A stretch of DNA of 64,000 bases from Gammaproteobacteria bacterium (GTDB lineage Bacteria; Pseudomonadota; Gammaproteobacteria; SZUA-229). The notes under the pieces were generated by a model. That model made no database searches. It saw nothing but the letters and a program-made list of their open reading frames with translations, and had not been told where the DNA came from. Location: assembly GCA_041572275.1 (NCBI GenBank), contig JBFFSQ010000001.1:8238-72237 (forward strand). Reading direction: 5' to 3'. Positions 10,660-20,543 of this stretch are shown in pieces. The position numbers and the translations under genes were made by a program. How positions within the stretch are numbered: the stretch's first letter is position 1; each line of letters begins with the position of its first letter.

Positions 10660-11769
10660 TCATTGATCGTCGGGCAGTTTGGCCGCAATCACAGGTGTCT
10701 CACAGTGAACATCACCGCACTGGGCTTTGAAGCGCATCATATGATCCATCAGCACCAGCGCCAACATAGCTTCAACAATGGGCGTCGCCCGAATGCCCAC
10801 ACAGGGATCATGCCGCCCCTCGGTAACCACTTCGGTTGCCTGACCATGGATATCAATGCTGCGACCCGGCAGTCGTAAACTGGATGTTGGCTTGAATGCC
10901 GTATGCACCACAATATCCTGTCCCGAACTAATGCCACCAAGAATGCCGCCAGCGTGGTTCGAGACAAAACCTTCCGGCGTCATTTCATCACGGAATTCGG
11001 TACCTTTGGCTTCCACACATGCAAAGCCGCCTCCGATCTCAACACCTTTGGCTGCATTTATGCTCATCATGGCATAGGAAATTTCTGCATCCATGCGATC
11101 AAAAATTGGCTCACCCAACCCCGGTGGTACACCTTCGGCCACCACAGAGATGCGTGCACCGACCGAATCACCTTCCTTACGCAGAGCATCCATATAGGCT
11201 TCCATCTCGGTGACCTTATCGACATCAGGACAGAAAAATGGATTCTGGTGAACCTGCTCCCAGTCATGCTTTTCAGCTTTAATCGGGCCCAACTGAGACA
11301 AATAGCCACGAATCTTGATGCCATAAGTATCCAGAAGATATTTCTTGGCTATCGCACCTGCCGCAACACGCATAGCTGTTTCTCGGGCCGATGAACGACC
11401 ACCCCCACGATAATCGCGGAAGCCATACTTCTGATTATAGGTGTAATCAGCATGAGCTGGACGGAAGGTGCTCGCGATATTGCCATAATCTTTGGAGCGC
11501 TGATCGACATTTTCAATCATTAGTCCAATGGGGGTACCGGTGGTTTTGCCTTCGAATACACCGGACAGAATTTTGACCTGATCAGGCTCACGTCGCTGTG
11601 TAGTATGGCGACTTGTTCCCGGACGTCGACGATCAAGATCATGTTGCAAATCCGCTTCAGACAATTCCAGTCCCGGTGGACAACCATCAACAATGGCAAG
11701 CAAAGCAGGACCATGGCTTTCACCACTCGTGGTAACGGTAAACAATTTGCCTATGGTATTTCCGGACAC
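10660..11769 (-). CDS. aroC: Chorismate synthase
   Basis: 369 aa beginning [36 protein letters not shown], with AroC signatures. Confidence 0.95.
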   Translation of the reverse strand: MSGNTIGKLFTVTTSGESHGPALLAIVDGCPPGLELSEADLQHDLDRRRPGTSRHTTQRREPDQVKILSGVFEGKTTGTPIGLMIENVDQRSKDYGNIASTFRPAHADYTYNQKYGFRDYRGGGRSSARETAMRVAAGAIAKKYLLDTYGIKIRGYLSQLGPIKAEKHDWEQVHQNPFFCPDVDKVTEMEAYMDALRKEGDSVGARISVVAEGVPPGLGEPIFDRMDAEISYAMMSINAAKGVEIGGGFACVEAKGTEFRDEMTPEGFVSNHAGGILGGISSGQDIVVHTAFKPTSSLRLPGRSIDIHGQATEVVTEGRHDPCVGIRATPIVEAMLALVLMDHMMRFKAQCGDVHCETPVIAAKLPDDQ

Positions 11770-11936
11770 GTCACATCCTCAGTTATAAAACAAAAACGAA
11801 TCTTAACAAATGTGAATGCAAGCGTCTTGCTACACAGTCATTTATTCCTGCGCCTGCCGCCGTTTCCCGCAACAACTTGTCAGGCAGGTCCATAAACCGA
11901 TATAGTGACGGCATAATAATTAAATGTAAAAACATT

Positions 11937-13034
11937 ATGCTTTTCACAACGCCGGAAATTCTTGTTGTTGACGACGAGGAACTCAATCGAGAAATCATGG
12001 CCTTACGCCTGGAAGCGAGCCATTACAGCCTTCGATTTGCCGTAAATGGCCAAAATGCTCTAGATGAAGTTGATAAGAAAAAACCGGACCTCATCCTGCT
12101 CGATATCATGATGCCTCAGATGTCAGGACTGCAGGTGCTCAATACCCTGCGCCAACGCTATTCTATGGTTGACCTGCCCATCATCATGGTCACTGCTCTT
12201 GATGAAGATCAGCGCGTGGTCAAAGCACTTGAACTGGGAGCCAATGATTATGTAACCAAACCCATCAACTTCCCGGTATTGATGGCACGCCTGCAAACGC
12301 AACTCAGCCTGAAACAGCTATCGACCATCAACCGAGAATTTCTAAGTACCGCCAGTCAGGACCTGCGCAAGCCACTGTCGCTTATCATGGACATCACCAG
12401 CCAGTCGCTTCATAAAGCCAGCACTGATCCATCCGCCAGGGCAGCTGACCTACTCAACAATCTGAACCTGATTGGTAAATCTGCCAGTTACATCAATAAT
12501 ATTACTGAATGCATACTGGATATGCAGACCTCTGGTTTTGGGCAATTACGCCTGACCAAAACTCCCATTAATCTGGAAAATCTGATTAATGAAACCCTGG
12601 AGAAATTCAAACACCGTGCGCTGGAAAAACATATCCGACTAAGCAGTTTACCATTGGATGAGAAGCTGGTGATTGAAGCTGATCATATCCGTATTGCCCA
12701 GGTACTGGATAATTATGTGGGCAATGCCATCAAATACGGCTCTAGTGGTGATAACGTTAGAATCATCGCTTCACACAGTGAAGACCAGGTTTGTATTGAA
12801 GTTGAAGATACCGGCCCAGGACTGACCGAACAGGACCTTGAAAACCTGTTCAGTGACAATACCACCCTGAGCAACAAGCCGACAGGCGGTGAAAGTAGCC
12901 ATGGACTGGGATTGCCATTATGTAAACAATTAATTGAATTGCATGATGGCGAGATAGGTGCCCATAACAATGATTCAGGTGGCAGTACCTTCTGGTTTAA
13001 ACTGCCCAAGTTCACATTAAGGACAGTGGATTAA
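11937..13034 (+). CDS. Hybrid response-regulator receiver / histidine-kinase-like protein: REC + degenerate HisKA (H-box His replaced by Gln) + HATPase_c
   Basis: The REC domain is intact (ILVVDDEE...PDLILLDIMMP...IIMVTA...YVTKP). The H-box reads FLSTASQDLRKPLS where the canonical box is SHELRTPL. N (LDNYVGNAIKYG), G1 (VEDTGPGL) and G2 (HGLGLPLCKQL) boxes are intact. I take the ATG at 11937 as the start; the track's 11877 is a TTG. Confidence 0.75.
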   Translation: MLFTTPEILVVDDEELNREIMALRLEASHYSLRFAVNGQNALDEVDKKKPDLILLDIMMPQMSGLQVLNTLRQRYSMVDLPIIMVTALDEDQRVVKALELGANDYVTKPINFPVLMARLQTQLSLKQLSTINREFLSTASQDLRKPLSLIMDITSQSLHKASTDPSARAADLLNNLNLIGKSASYINNITECILDMQTSGFGQLRLTKTPINLENLINETLEKFKHRALEKHIRLSSLPLDEKLVIEADHIRIAQVLDNYVGNAIKYGSSGDNVRIIASHSEDQVCIEVEDTGPGLTEQDLENLFSDNTTLSNKPTGGESSHGLGLPLCKQLIELHDGEIGAHNNDSGGSTFWFKLPKFTLRTVD

Positions 13035-13054
13035 ATCACCCCTTCAACACCATA

Positions 13055-13978
13055 TCAGGCCGCATCAAATATTGCCTGGTACTCATCCAGTTGCTCTGCC
13101 GTTAACAAAAATATTCCTTCACCACCACGTTCAAAGTCTAGCCAGTAAAAAGGCACCTGTGGAAAACGCTGTTGCAGGGCATATTGTGAATTACCCACCT
13201 CGACTACCAGAATACCTGTATTACTCAGGTAACGCCGGGCCTGTTGTAGCATTGGTATAACCAAATCCAATCCATCATGGCCGGCAGCCAGACCTAACTC
13301 CGGCTCATGTAGATACTCATCCGGTAACGATGACATATCCTCCGCATCAACATAAGGCGGATTGCTGACAATAATGTCATAGTGCCGGGGCGGTACGGCA
13401 GCAAACAGATCAGATTCAATCACTGTAACCCGGTCCTGTAAGCCATGATCCTCCACATTGCGCTGAGCAACCTCCAGCGTAGCCGGCGAAATATCAACCG
13501 CATCCACATCAGCCCAATCGAAGGCGTAGGCACTGGCAATAGCAATACAGGCACTGCCAGTACACAGGTCTAAGATACTTTCCACCTGTTCCGGGTCAAC
13601 CCAGGGCTCAAAACGATTTTCAATGAGTTCCGCAATCGGTGATCGCGGCACCAACACCTGCTCATTCACATAAAATTTGAGACCTGCAAACCAGGCCTCA
13701 TGGGTCAGATAAGCGGCCGGCTTACGTTCTTCGAGGCGTCGACGATAGAGCGCCAACACCTGCAGACGCTCCTCATGGCTGAGGCGACAATCAAAATACT
13801 CCGTTGAAAAATCATGCGGCAGATGCAAGGCATATAAACCCAGGTAAACTGCCTCATCAAGAGCAGAACCCATGCCATGGCCATAGAATAAGCCAGCTTC
13901 AGAAAATCGACTCACTGCCCAGCGAATACAGTCCCTGAGGGTCAACAACTGTTCGGAAACCTGTTCTATTTTTTCCAT
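13055..13978 (-). CDS. prmB: 50S ribosomal protein L3 N5-glutamine methyltransferase PrmB (YfcB)
   Basis: 307 aa with a HemK-family SAM-MTase containing the NPPY motif (IIVSNPPYV) and the PrmB-type N-terminus. In E. coli yfcB neighbours aroC; here they are separated only by the hybrid-kinase gene. Confidence 0.85.
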   Translation of the reverse strand: MEKIEQVSEQLLTLRDCIRWAVSRFSEAGLFYGHGMGSALDEAVYLGLYALHLPHDFSTEYFDCRLSHEERLQVLALYRRRLEERKPAAYLTHEAWFAGLKFYVNEQVLVPRSPIAELIENRFEPWVDPEQVESILDLCTGSACIAIASAYAFDWADVDAVDISPATLEVAQRNVEDHGLQDRVTVIESDLFAAVPPRHYDIIVSNPPYVDAEDMSSLPDEYLHEPELGLAAGHDGLDLVIPMLQQARRYLSNTGILVVEVGNSQYALQQRFPQVPFYWLDFERGGEGIFLLTAEQLDEYQAIFDAA

Positions 13979-14064
13979 TACTTCACACTTGATTCATCTA
14001 AACCTTTTCATGATAGACGAGCCTGCCTATAATCCCAAACACAAATTCAGCTCCGGAGCCCACC

Positions 14065-14532
14065 GTGTTTAAACCTCTCATTCAAATAACGACCGCAATC
14101 ACGCTTCTGTTGATATCATCACTATCCATGGCTCACCACATCAATGTACGCGGTGCCTGGCTACCGGAAATGCCGCCAGTTAGCAAAGTGATGGCTGCTT
14201 TTATGGTCTTTGAAAACAACACAGATCAAGTCGTGAATATCGTCAAGATCAGTAGCCCGAGTTTTGCACGAGTGGAAATGCACCTGTCCAAAATAGTCGA
14301 TGGCGTCGCTAAAATGCTGCCACAACAAAAACTAAGCATACCGGCCAAGGGCACACTCACTCTACAGCCAGGCAGTTATCATCTCATGCTATTTCACCCC
14401 AAACAGCCATTGAAAACCGGTGACAGCGTACCCATGTTAATAACGCTAGATGATGGCACCGTGTTCACCCTTCAGGTCAAGGTAAAAACCTCCAGCATGA
14501 AAATGATGGACCATAGCCAGCACCAGCACTAA
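14065..14532 (+). CDS. Periplasmic copper chaperone PCu(A)C (DUF461) family protein
   Basis: Signal peptide followed by a His/Met-rich pattern (AHH...MxxFMVFEN...HLMLF...) typical of PCuAC, and a C-terminal Met/His tail (MKMMDHSQHQH). Confidence 0.65.
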   Translation: MFKPLIQITTAITLLLISSLSMAHHINVRGAWLPEMPPVSKVMAAFMVFENNTDQVVNIVKISSPSFARVEMHLSKIVDGVAKMLPQQKLSIPAKGTLTLQPGSYHLMLFHPKQPLKTGDSVPMLITLDDGTVFTLQVKVKTSSMKMMDHSQHQH

Positions 14533-14543
14533 TTAGAGTTATT

Positions 14544-15392
14544 ATGTTTGATTATTTAAAATCACTACCATTCTATGTGATACCACACCATGCCCTGTCC
14601 TGGCTGATTTTTCACCTGGCCCGGATTGAGTGGACTCCCATCAAAAAGCTCAGCCTGAATGTTTACCTGTCATTGCACAAGGTCAACATGCAGGAAGCAA
14701 AAGAAACTGATCCCTTTGCTTACAAAAACCTGAATGCCTTTTTCACCCGGGCCCTGAAACAGAATGCACGACCGATTGTCGCAGACGCATCAACACTAGC
14801 CTGCCCGGTCGACGGTACCGTAAGCCAGGCCCAGGCCATTGAATCAGGCCGAATATTTCAGGCTAAAGGCCATGATTACAGCTTGCTGGAACTGGTCGGT
14901 GGCATTGAAAAACTGGCGGCACCTTTCCAAAATGGCCAGTTTGCGACCCTTTATCTCTCGCCAAGAGATTATCATCGTATTCATATGCCCCTGACAGGTA
15001 AGCTGACTGACATGGTGTATGTACCCGGACGCCTGTTCAGTGTGGCTCCTCACACTGTCAACACGGTGCCACGCTTATTTGCCCGCAATGAACGCCTGGT
15101 TTGTGCATTTGATACCGAGGCCGGACCGATGATCATGGTTCTTGTTGGGGCGGTAAATGTCTCTGCCATTGATACCGTCTGGGCAGGCTCTGTCACACCA
15201 CCCAGTAAGCGTTCAATCATCCATACTGAATACACAGAAGGTGAAGTCCAGCTCAGCAAAGGCGCTGAAATGGGCCGCTTTAACCTCGGCTCCACCGTGA
15301 TCATGCTAATGGGGGAGAATGTCCAGCTGGATCAGGCCATACAGCATGACAATGGGGTCAAAATGGGGCAGGCTCTGGCCTCGTTTAAATAA
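14544..15392 (+). CDS. psd: Phosphatidylserine decarboxylase proenzyme
   Basis: 282 aa with the PSD core (YLSPRDYHRIHMP...YVPGRLFSV) and the LGST self-cleavage site (FNLGSTVIMLM). Confidence 0.9.
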   Translation: MFDYLKSLPFYVIPHHALSWLIFHLARIEWTPIKKLSLNVYLSLHKVNMQEAKETDPFAYKNLNAFFTRALKQNARPIVADASTLACPVDGTVSQAQAIESGRIFQAKGHDYSLLELVGGIEKLAAPFQNGQFATLYLSPRDYHRIHMPLTGKLTDMVYVPGRLFSVAPHTVNTVPRLFARNERLVCAFDTEAGPMIMVLVGAVNVSAIDTVWAGSVTPPSKRSIIHTEYTEGEVQLSKGAEMGRFNLGSTVIMLMGENVQLDQAIQHDNGVKMGQALASFK

Positions 15393-15513
15393 GACCTGGA
15401 TGCCGTGTCCACGTGAGACTGAGTAATACCGGCCACACTTTGTGGCCGCCTGCCTGAACTTGGACTACACTCCGTATTAATCTTAACCAGCAAGTCGATT
15501 TACGCAGTACCAC

Positions 15514-15882
15514 ATGCCTCACACTAACCACTGGGATGCTCATGGACTCCACCGACAATTCACCGGTGTTGTCGATAGTGACGAAATCCTCTCATCCAAT
15601 CTGGAACTCCATCAGGATCACCGGTTTGATGATATTAGATATGTTATCAATGACTTTACCCTCGTTACCGGTTTAGATATTGTCGAGGGACACACCCGAT
15701 CCTTTGCCACAGTGGATAAAAATGTATCCCATCGCAAACCGCAACTCAAAATCGCTATTGTTGTGAATCAGCCACCGCAGATTATGCTCGCCCAGGCGTA
15801 CCGCCAGCACATGCTGGATTCACTCTTTGAATGTGAGATTTTTTCAAACCTCGACGAAGCCGAGGCATGGGCAAGGCCCTGA
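15514..15882 (+). CDS. Hypothetical protein (122 aa)
   Basis: Intact ORF with no recognisable motif. Its end abuts the stop of the convergent epmA gene. Confidence 0.4.
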   Translation: MPHTNHWDAHGLHRQFTGVVDSDEILSSNLELHQDHRFDDIRYVINDFTLVTGLDIVEGHTRSFATVDKNVSHRKPQLKIAIVVNQPPQIMLAQAYRQHMLDSLFECEIFSNLDEAEAWARP

Positions 15883-15883
15883 T

Positions 15884-16873
15884 TTAACTACGTTGAAAAG
15901 AAAAAGCCAGGACTTCAGAAATAAGGGTTTTCGACAGCAACACCATTAGCAGACGATCGACGCCAATCGCCACACCTGAACAATCTGGCAGGCCAGCCCC
16001 TAATGCTGTGAGCATATATTCATCTATGGTTACCGGTTCCATACCCCGCTCAATCCGCTGCTGATTTTCCTGCTCAAACCTGGATCGCTGCTCCTCTGCA
16101 TCGGTTAACTCATAAAAGCCATTGGCCAGCTCCAGCTCACCCCAGAACAATTCAAAGCGATGCGCCACACGCGGATCATCTTCACTCACCCGCGCCAGTG
16201 CAGCCTGTGAAGCCGGATAATCGAAAACGAAAGTAAATCCCTGTTTAACAAAACTCGGCGCCACTCCCTGGGTCATCAACCAGTCCAGCCACATATCGCG
16301 ATCCAGCTCGTCCATACCCACAGGTATTTCAATACCCCGCTGTTGTGCGACCGCTTTGAGCTCACCCGCACTGGCTGCAAGGGGATCTATGTCCAATGCC
16401 TCAACAAATGCCTGCTGATAAGACAGCCGCCGGGGTATCTGTCCACTGATCGGTACTCCCAATTTACCAGACAAATAATTGAGTAATGCCTCCATATCAT
16501 CCATCAGCAGATGATGATCCATACCCAGTCGATACCACTCCAGCATGCTAAATTCTGGATTATGATATCGGCCCAGCTCATCATCACGAAACACCCTGCA
16601 CAGCTGAAAAATATCGCCGCTGCCGGATGCCAGCAGGCGCTTCATGAAAAACTCAGGAGATGTCTGTAGGTAAAGACGATCACTGAGGTATTGCGTAGAA
16701 AAACTCTGCAAATGAGGATCAGTAATAGTTGCCCGCGATAACACCGGCGTTTCCACTTCAAGAACATCCTGTTCAGCAAAAAAAGCCCGGATACCTTGCA
16801 GTAGCCGGGCCCTGAATTGCAACACCTCGAATGAGGCAGACGGTTGCCAATCAGTCTTTGACTCGGGAGACAT
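15884..16873 (-). CDS. epmA: Elongation factor P--(R)-beta-lysine ligase EpmA (PoxA/YjeA)
   Basis: Class II aaRS-like core ([28 protein letters not shown]...[46 protein letters not shown]). The start [14 protein letters not shown] aligns with E. coli EpmA MSETASWQPSAS. Confidence 0.85.
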   Translation of the reverse strand: MSPESKTDWQPSASFEVLQFRARLLQGIRAFFAEQDVLEVETPVLSRATITDPHLQSFSTQYLSDRLYLQTSPEFFMKRLLASGSGDIFQLCRVFRDDELGRYHNPEFSMLEWYRLGMDHHLLMDDMEALLNYLSGKLGVPISGQIPRRLSYQQAFVEALDIDPLAASAGELKAVAQQRGIEIPVGMDELDRDMWLDWLMTQGVAPSFVKQGFTFVFDYPASQAALARVSEDDPRVAHRFELFWGELELANGFYELTDAEEQRSRFEQENQQRIERGMEPVTIDEYMLTALGAGLPDCSGVAIGVDRLLMVLLSKTLISEVLAFSFQRS

Positions 16874-17420
16874 ATTCACCACTACGGGTGTCAACTTTCA
16901 GCACTTCACCCTGTTCGATAAATAAAGGCACTTTAACGACGGCACCGGATTCCAGCGTAGCCGGCTTGGTTCCACCCTGAGCCGTATCACCCTTTAAGCC
17001 AGGGTCGGTCTCAGTCACAGTGAGCTCGACAAAATTGGGCGGTGATACTAACAACGGCTCACCATTCCACAGGGTAACTGTGCATAACTCCTGGCCTTTC
17101 AACCACTTAGCAGCATCTGTCATAGCCGCTTCACCCGCACCCACCTGCTCATAGGTGTTCGGATCCATGAAATACCAGAATTCACCGTCGTTGTAGGAAA
17201 ATTCCATATCTACATCCATCACATCCGCAGCTTCAGCTGATTCACCAGATTTGAAGGTCCGCTCAATAACACGACCGGTTTTCAGATTGCGCAGTTTTAC
17301 CCGATTAAAGGCCTGCCCCTTACCAGGCTTGACCAGTTCATTTTCAATGATGTTATAGGGGTCACCATCTAAAAGTAATTTAAGTCCGCCACGAAATTCA
17401 TTTGTACTGTATGATGCCAT
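16851..17420 (-). CDS. efp: Elongation factor P
   Basis: 189 aa beginning [22 protein letters not shown] and ending ...[11 protein letters not shown], near-identical in layout to E. coli EF-P. The true start (17420) is internal to the longer ORF in the track. The 3' end overlaps the epmA start by 23 nt. Confidence 0.93.
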   Translation of the reverse strand: MASYSTNEFRGGLKLLLDGDPYNIIENELVKPGKGQAFNRVKLRNLKTGRVIERTFKSGESAEAADVMDVDMEFSYNDGEFWYFMDPNTYEQVGAGEAAMTDAAKWLKGQELCTVTLWNGEPLLVSPPNFVELTVTETDPGLKGDTAQGGTKPATLESGAVVKVPLFIEQGEVLKVDTRSGEYVSRVKD

Positions 17421-17491
17421 CTGTTTTACCTTAGCCTGTCGGGCTTTACAGAATTTAAAAACAGCGCATATGATACGCGGTAAACCCTGAA

Positions 17492-18508
17492 ATGCCAAAA
17501 CCAGCAATCAATAACCTTCAGCACATCCCTGGCTGGCAACAACAACTGGCCCAGGCAGTTACCGATCCAGCAGAACTTCTAGAGCTGCTGCAGATTGAGC
17601 CAGAGCAATTCCCTGGTTTTTCCGAAGCCTGTCAGCATTTCTCACTCAAGGTCCCCCGTGACTATATTGCCAAAATGACCGTCGGCGATATTAACGACCC
17701 CCTGTTAAAACAGGTGATGGCAACGGCTCTGGAGCTAGAGCCAGCAACAGGCTATCACGCCGACCCAACGGGTGACCTCGATGCGATGCCAGTTCCGGGC
17801 CTGCTCCATAAATACCAGGGCCGTGCACTACTGATCACCACTGGCGCATGCGCCATTCACTGCCGCTATTGCTTCAGGCGTCACTTCCCTTATGCTGATA
17901 ACCACTCATCACACAACAACTGGCATCAGGCCATCCAGTACCTGGAACAACACACGGACATTAGCGAAATTATTCTCAGTGGTGGTGACCCGCTCGTTTT
18001 GTCAGATCACAAGCTCTCTGAACTGATCCATCAACTCAGCAATATTCCACATATTAGACGCCTTCGAATTCATAGCCGCTTACCCATTGTCTTACCTGAG
18101 CGCATCACCAATGAGCTCTGCCACATACTTTCACAGAATCGTTTGCGTACTAGCCTGGTTATCCACGCTAATCATGCACAGGAAATTACTGAAGCAGAAA
18201 CCCAGGTGCTGAACCGACTCAACGACGTCGGTATCACGCTGCTCAACCAAAGCGTCCTCCTGAAAGATATAAATGACTCATATCAAACACTTGTAGACCT
18301 CAGTGAGCGACTATATGAAGCTCGCGTCTTACCGTATTACCTACATGCTCTCGACCCGGTACAAGGTGCGGCACATTTTGACGTTAAGGAAAGCCATGCC
18401 ATGATGCTCATCAAGCAAATGCGTGCCGTACTACCAGGTTACCTGGTACCTCGATTAGTACGTGAAATACCCGGCAAAAACAGCAAAATTTCCGTAAATG
18501 AGCTATAA
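17492..18508 (+). CDS. epmB: EF-P beta-lysylation protein EpmB (lysine 2,3-aminomutase-like radical SAM, YjeK)
   Basis: Radical-SAM CxxxCxxC ([13 protein letters not shown]) in a KamA-family context. It is divergent from efp, as in E. coli. Confidence 0.9.
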   Translation: MPKPAINNLQHIPGWQQQLAQAVTDPAELLELLQIEPEQFPGFSEACQHFSLKVPRDYIAKMTVGDINDPLLKQVMATALELEPATGYHADPTGDLDAMPVPGLLHKYQGRALLITTGACAIHCRYCFRRHFPYADNHSSHNNWHQAIQYLEQHTDISEIILSGGDPLVLSDHKLSELIHQLSNIPHIRRLRIHSRLPIVLPERITNELCHILSQNRLRTSLVIHANHAQEITEAETQVLNRLNDVGITLLNQSVLLKDINDSYQTLVDLSERLYEARVLPYYLHALDPVQGAAHFDVKESHAMMLIKQMRAVLPGYLVPRLVREIPGKNSKISVNEL

Positions 18509-18685
18509 CATTCTGTATTATTAGCAAATTAGCTTAGAACATCAGGGCATCTTGCTGTTTTTATTAAAATTCTTAATGTTTTCAATAAAATGGGCTAGAC
18601 TAGATATTCTTGGAAACCGGCTCGCAAGGGATTCAACAATAAGGAAACAAAAGGATGTTGATATAACAGCCTGAATCACCAAAAT

Positions 18686-20512
18686 ATGAAACTGAATATT
18701 CCAGAACAAGTTGAGCCGGGTAAGGATGATTTCCCTAATCATCCCCGCAAAGTCAAAAAATGGCTTACCGAATTAAAACAGGCCAATATGGGTGACTATA
18801 CCCGTCAGATTTATAATGGTCTGATGCAGCTGAATCGCCAGTCGATGCCCCCTAAATACCGACTCGAAAACCTGGAACAATTACGTGAACCCACACGTCA
18901 TATTTTTAGTCAACTGCATAAACATTTTGTAAACCGAACGCTGCCATTACCGGAAAAAAGCCTGAAAATAATCACTCTGAACCAGGCCGTACTGAATGAA
19001 ATTGCCACCGGTTATAAAATTCTTATTTTTGAAGCTGCCAACGATCTAAACAAGGTCGATAACAAAATCCTTCTGGTCGCCTGCGAACGGGCCCTGCATT
19101 ACTATGCAGAATACCTGCTCAAGTCCAGTCAAATTTACGCCAATATTCCGAATGCCCTGTGGTGGGATATTCACCGTATTTATGCTTATGCAGAAAGCAA
19201 AAAACTGCATTCAAAAAAAATCAAAGATTCAGAACACTCGCTTAAATCTGTTTCTGTGGAAGATTACTATAAGCTTATTCTGCTATTTTCTCTGTCACGA
19301 CCCAATGCATTACGCCAAAGCGATACTGAACGCGTATTCATGGCTATGCCTGAATGGATTAAATACACCAACCTAACCAGTCATCCAGTAGCAAACAAAC
19401 TCAATCAATACTTCTGCAGCAAACTGGACAGCGACATACCGCCTCATTGCCTGAGTAATGACGAAATTAAGTCCGGCAGCAATATTCGTGCACTTGAAAC
19501 AGGTAAATTGCTTGAGTATCTAAAAAAACAAATTACTCAGAATGTTGATTTAACTAATGCCACAACCATAGACAATCAGATTTCGCAGGAAACCCTGCGC
19601 ATGCTGATAACCACCTGGAGCCTGTGCACTAAACGCCGCTTTTCAAGAGCTGATAAAGCCTCTGATATAAAAGTAGCTATTGGACTGACATCAATCCATA
19701 ATGCGATCATTGATCAACAAAAAGCACCTGAACCGAAGCGTAGCAAAAGACCTCGTTCAACATTTTCACTGGAATCCATATCGGATAACGAACGAGCCAA
19801 AAAAGATATTTTTGCACAACAGGAACCAACCTTTTTAATCACTCATCCCGACATGAAAGCCAGTGAGAGTTCATCAGCAGGCGCATGGGATATGGTGGCA
19901 AAAGGTCGTGCCCTGACCGAAAGCTATGCCAGAGAACTCCAGGCACAGGATGATGAACTTGGCGAATTAAACAAAGAAGCACCTGATCTTCACTGGAAAA
20001 TCAGTAATGTAAGTGCAGGCGGCTACTGCTTACAGTGGAATTCTCAAACAACATCGAGAGCACAGGTTGGTGAACTTATTGGTATCCGGGAAAAAGAACC
20101 AGACCATAGCTATCAATGGCGGGTCGGTGTTATTCGCTGGATGCAATACTCACGTGAAAATGGCCTTGAAATTGGTGTTCAGGTACTTTCACCTAAAGTC
20201 GTGACATGCTCCGTTCGGCGTCTTGAACGCAAGAATGAGGAGCCATTTAACTGTCTTTTACTGCCCGGCATCAAACCGCTACAACAACCAGCTACATTAC
20301 TACTCCCGGCATATGCCTTTAAAAAAGGCGGCATGCTACAACTCCATGCCTATGAACGTGACATGGAAATTCAACTGGGCACAATACGAGAACATACAGG
20401 ATCATTTACACAATTTCAGTTTATACAAACTGATAACAAGGACGCACCTGAAGAAAATGACAAAAAACAGAGTTCCTCTGATGATTTCGACTCAATCTGG
20501 TCATCCCTTTAA
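18686..20512 (+). CDS. Large hypothetical protein (608 aa) with a C-terminal PilZ-like domain (NxSxGG motif); the N-terminal ~450 aa is unrecognised
   Basis: The C-terminal ~130 aa contain ...WKISNVSAGGYCLQW..., matching the PilZ (D/N)xSxGG motif, followed by an alternating hydrophobic beta-pattern. A possible RxxxR-type element (KRRFSRADK) lies about 130 aa upstream. No SD precedes the annotated ATG, so the start is uncertain. It lies 31 nt upstream of the FimX-like gene on the same strand. Confidence 0.55.
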   Translation: MKLNIPEQVEPGKDDFPNHPRKVKKWLTELKQANMGDYTRQIYNGLMQLNRQSMPPKYRLENLEQLREPTRHIFSQLHKHFVNRTLPLPEKSLKIITLNQAVLNEIATGYKILIFEAANDLNKVDNKILLVACERALHYYAEYLLKSSQIYANIPNALWWDIHRIYAYAESKKLHSKKIKDSEHSLKSVSVEDYYKLILLFSLSRPNALRQSDTERVFMAMPEWIKYTNLTSHPVANKLNQYFCSKLDSDIPPHCLSNDEIKSGSNIRALETGKLLEYLKKQITQNVDLTNATTIDNQISQETLRMLITTWSLCTKRRFSRADKASDIKVAIGLTSIHNAIIDQQKAPEPKRSKRPRSTFSLESISDNERAKKDIFAQQEPTFLITHPDMKASESSSAGAWDMVAKGRALTESYARELQAQDDELGELNKEAPDLHWKISNVSAGGYCLQWNSQTTSRAQVGELIGIREKEPDHSYQWRVGVIRWMQYSRENGLEIGVQVLSPKVVTCSVRRLERKNEEPFNCLLLPGIKPLQQPATLLLPAYAFKKGGMLQLHAYERDMEIQLGTIREHTGSFTQFQFIQTDNKDAPEENDKKQSSSDDFDSIWSSL

Positions 20513-20543
20513 ATGATAACAAACTAATTTTTCGGACTTTAAC

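Noticed and set aside
18542-18742. 66-aa minus-strand ORF overlapping the start of the PilZ-like gene
   Set aside because: It lies in an AT-rich promoter region, has odd composition, and overlaps a better-supported gene start.
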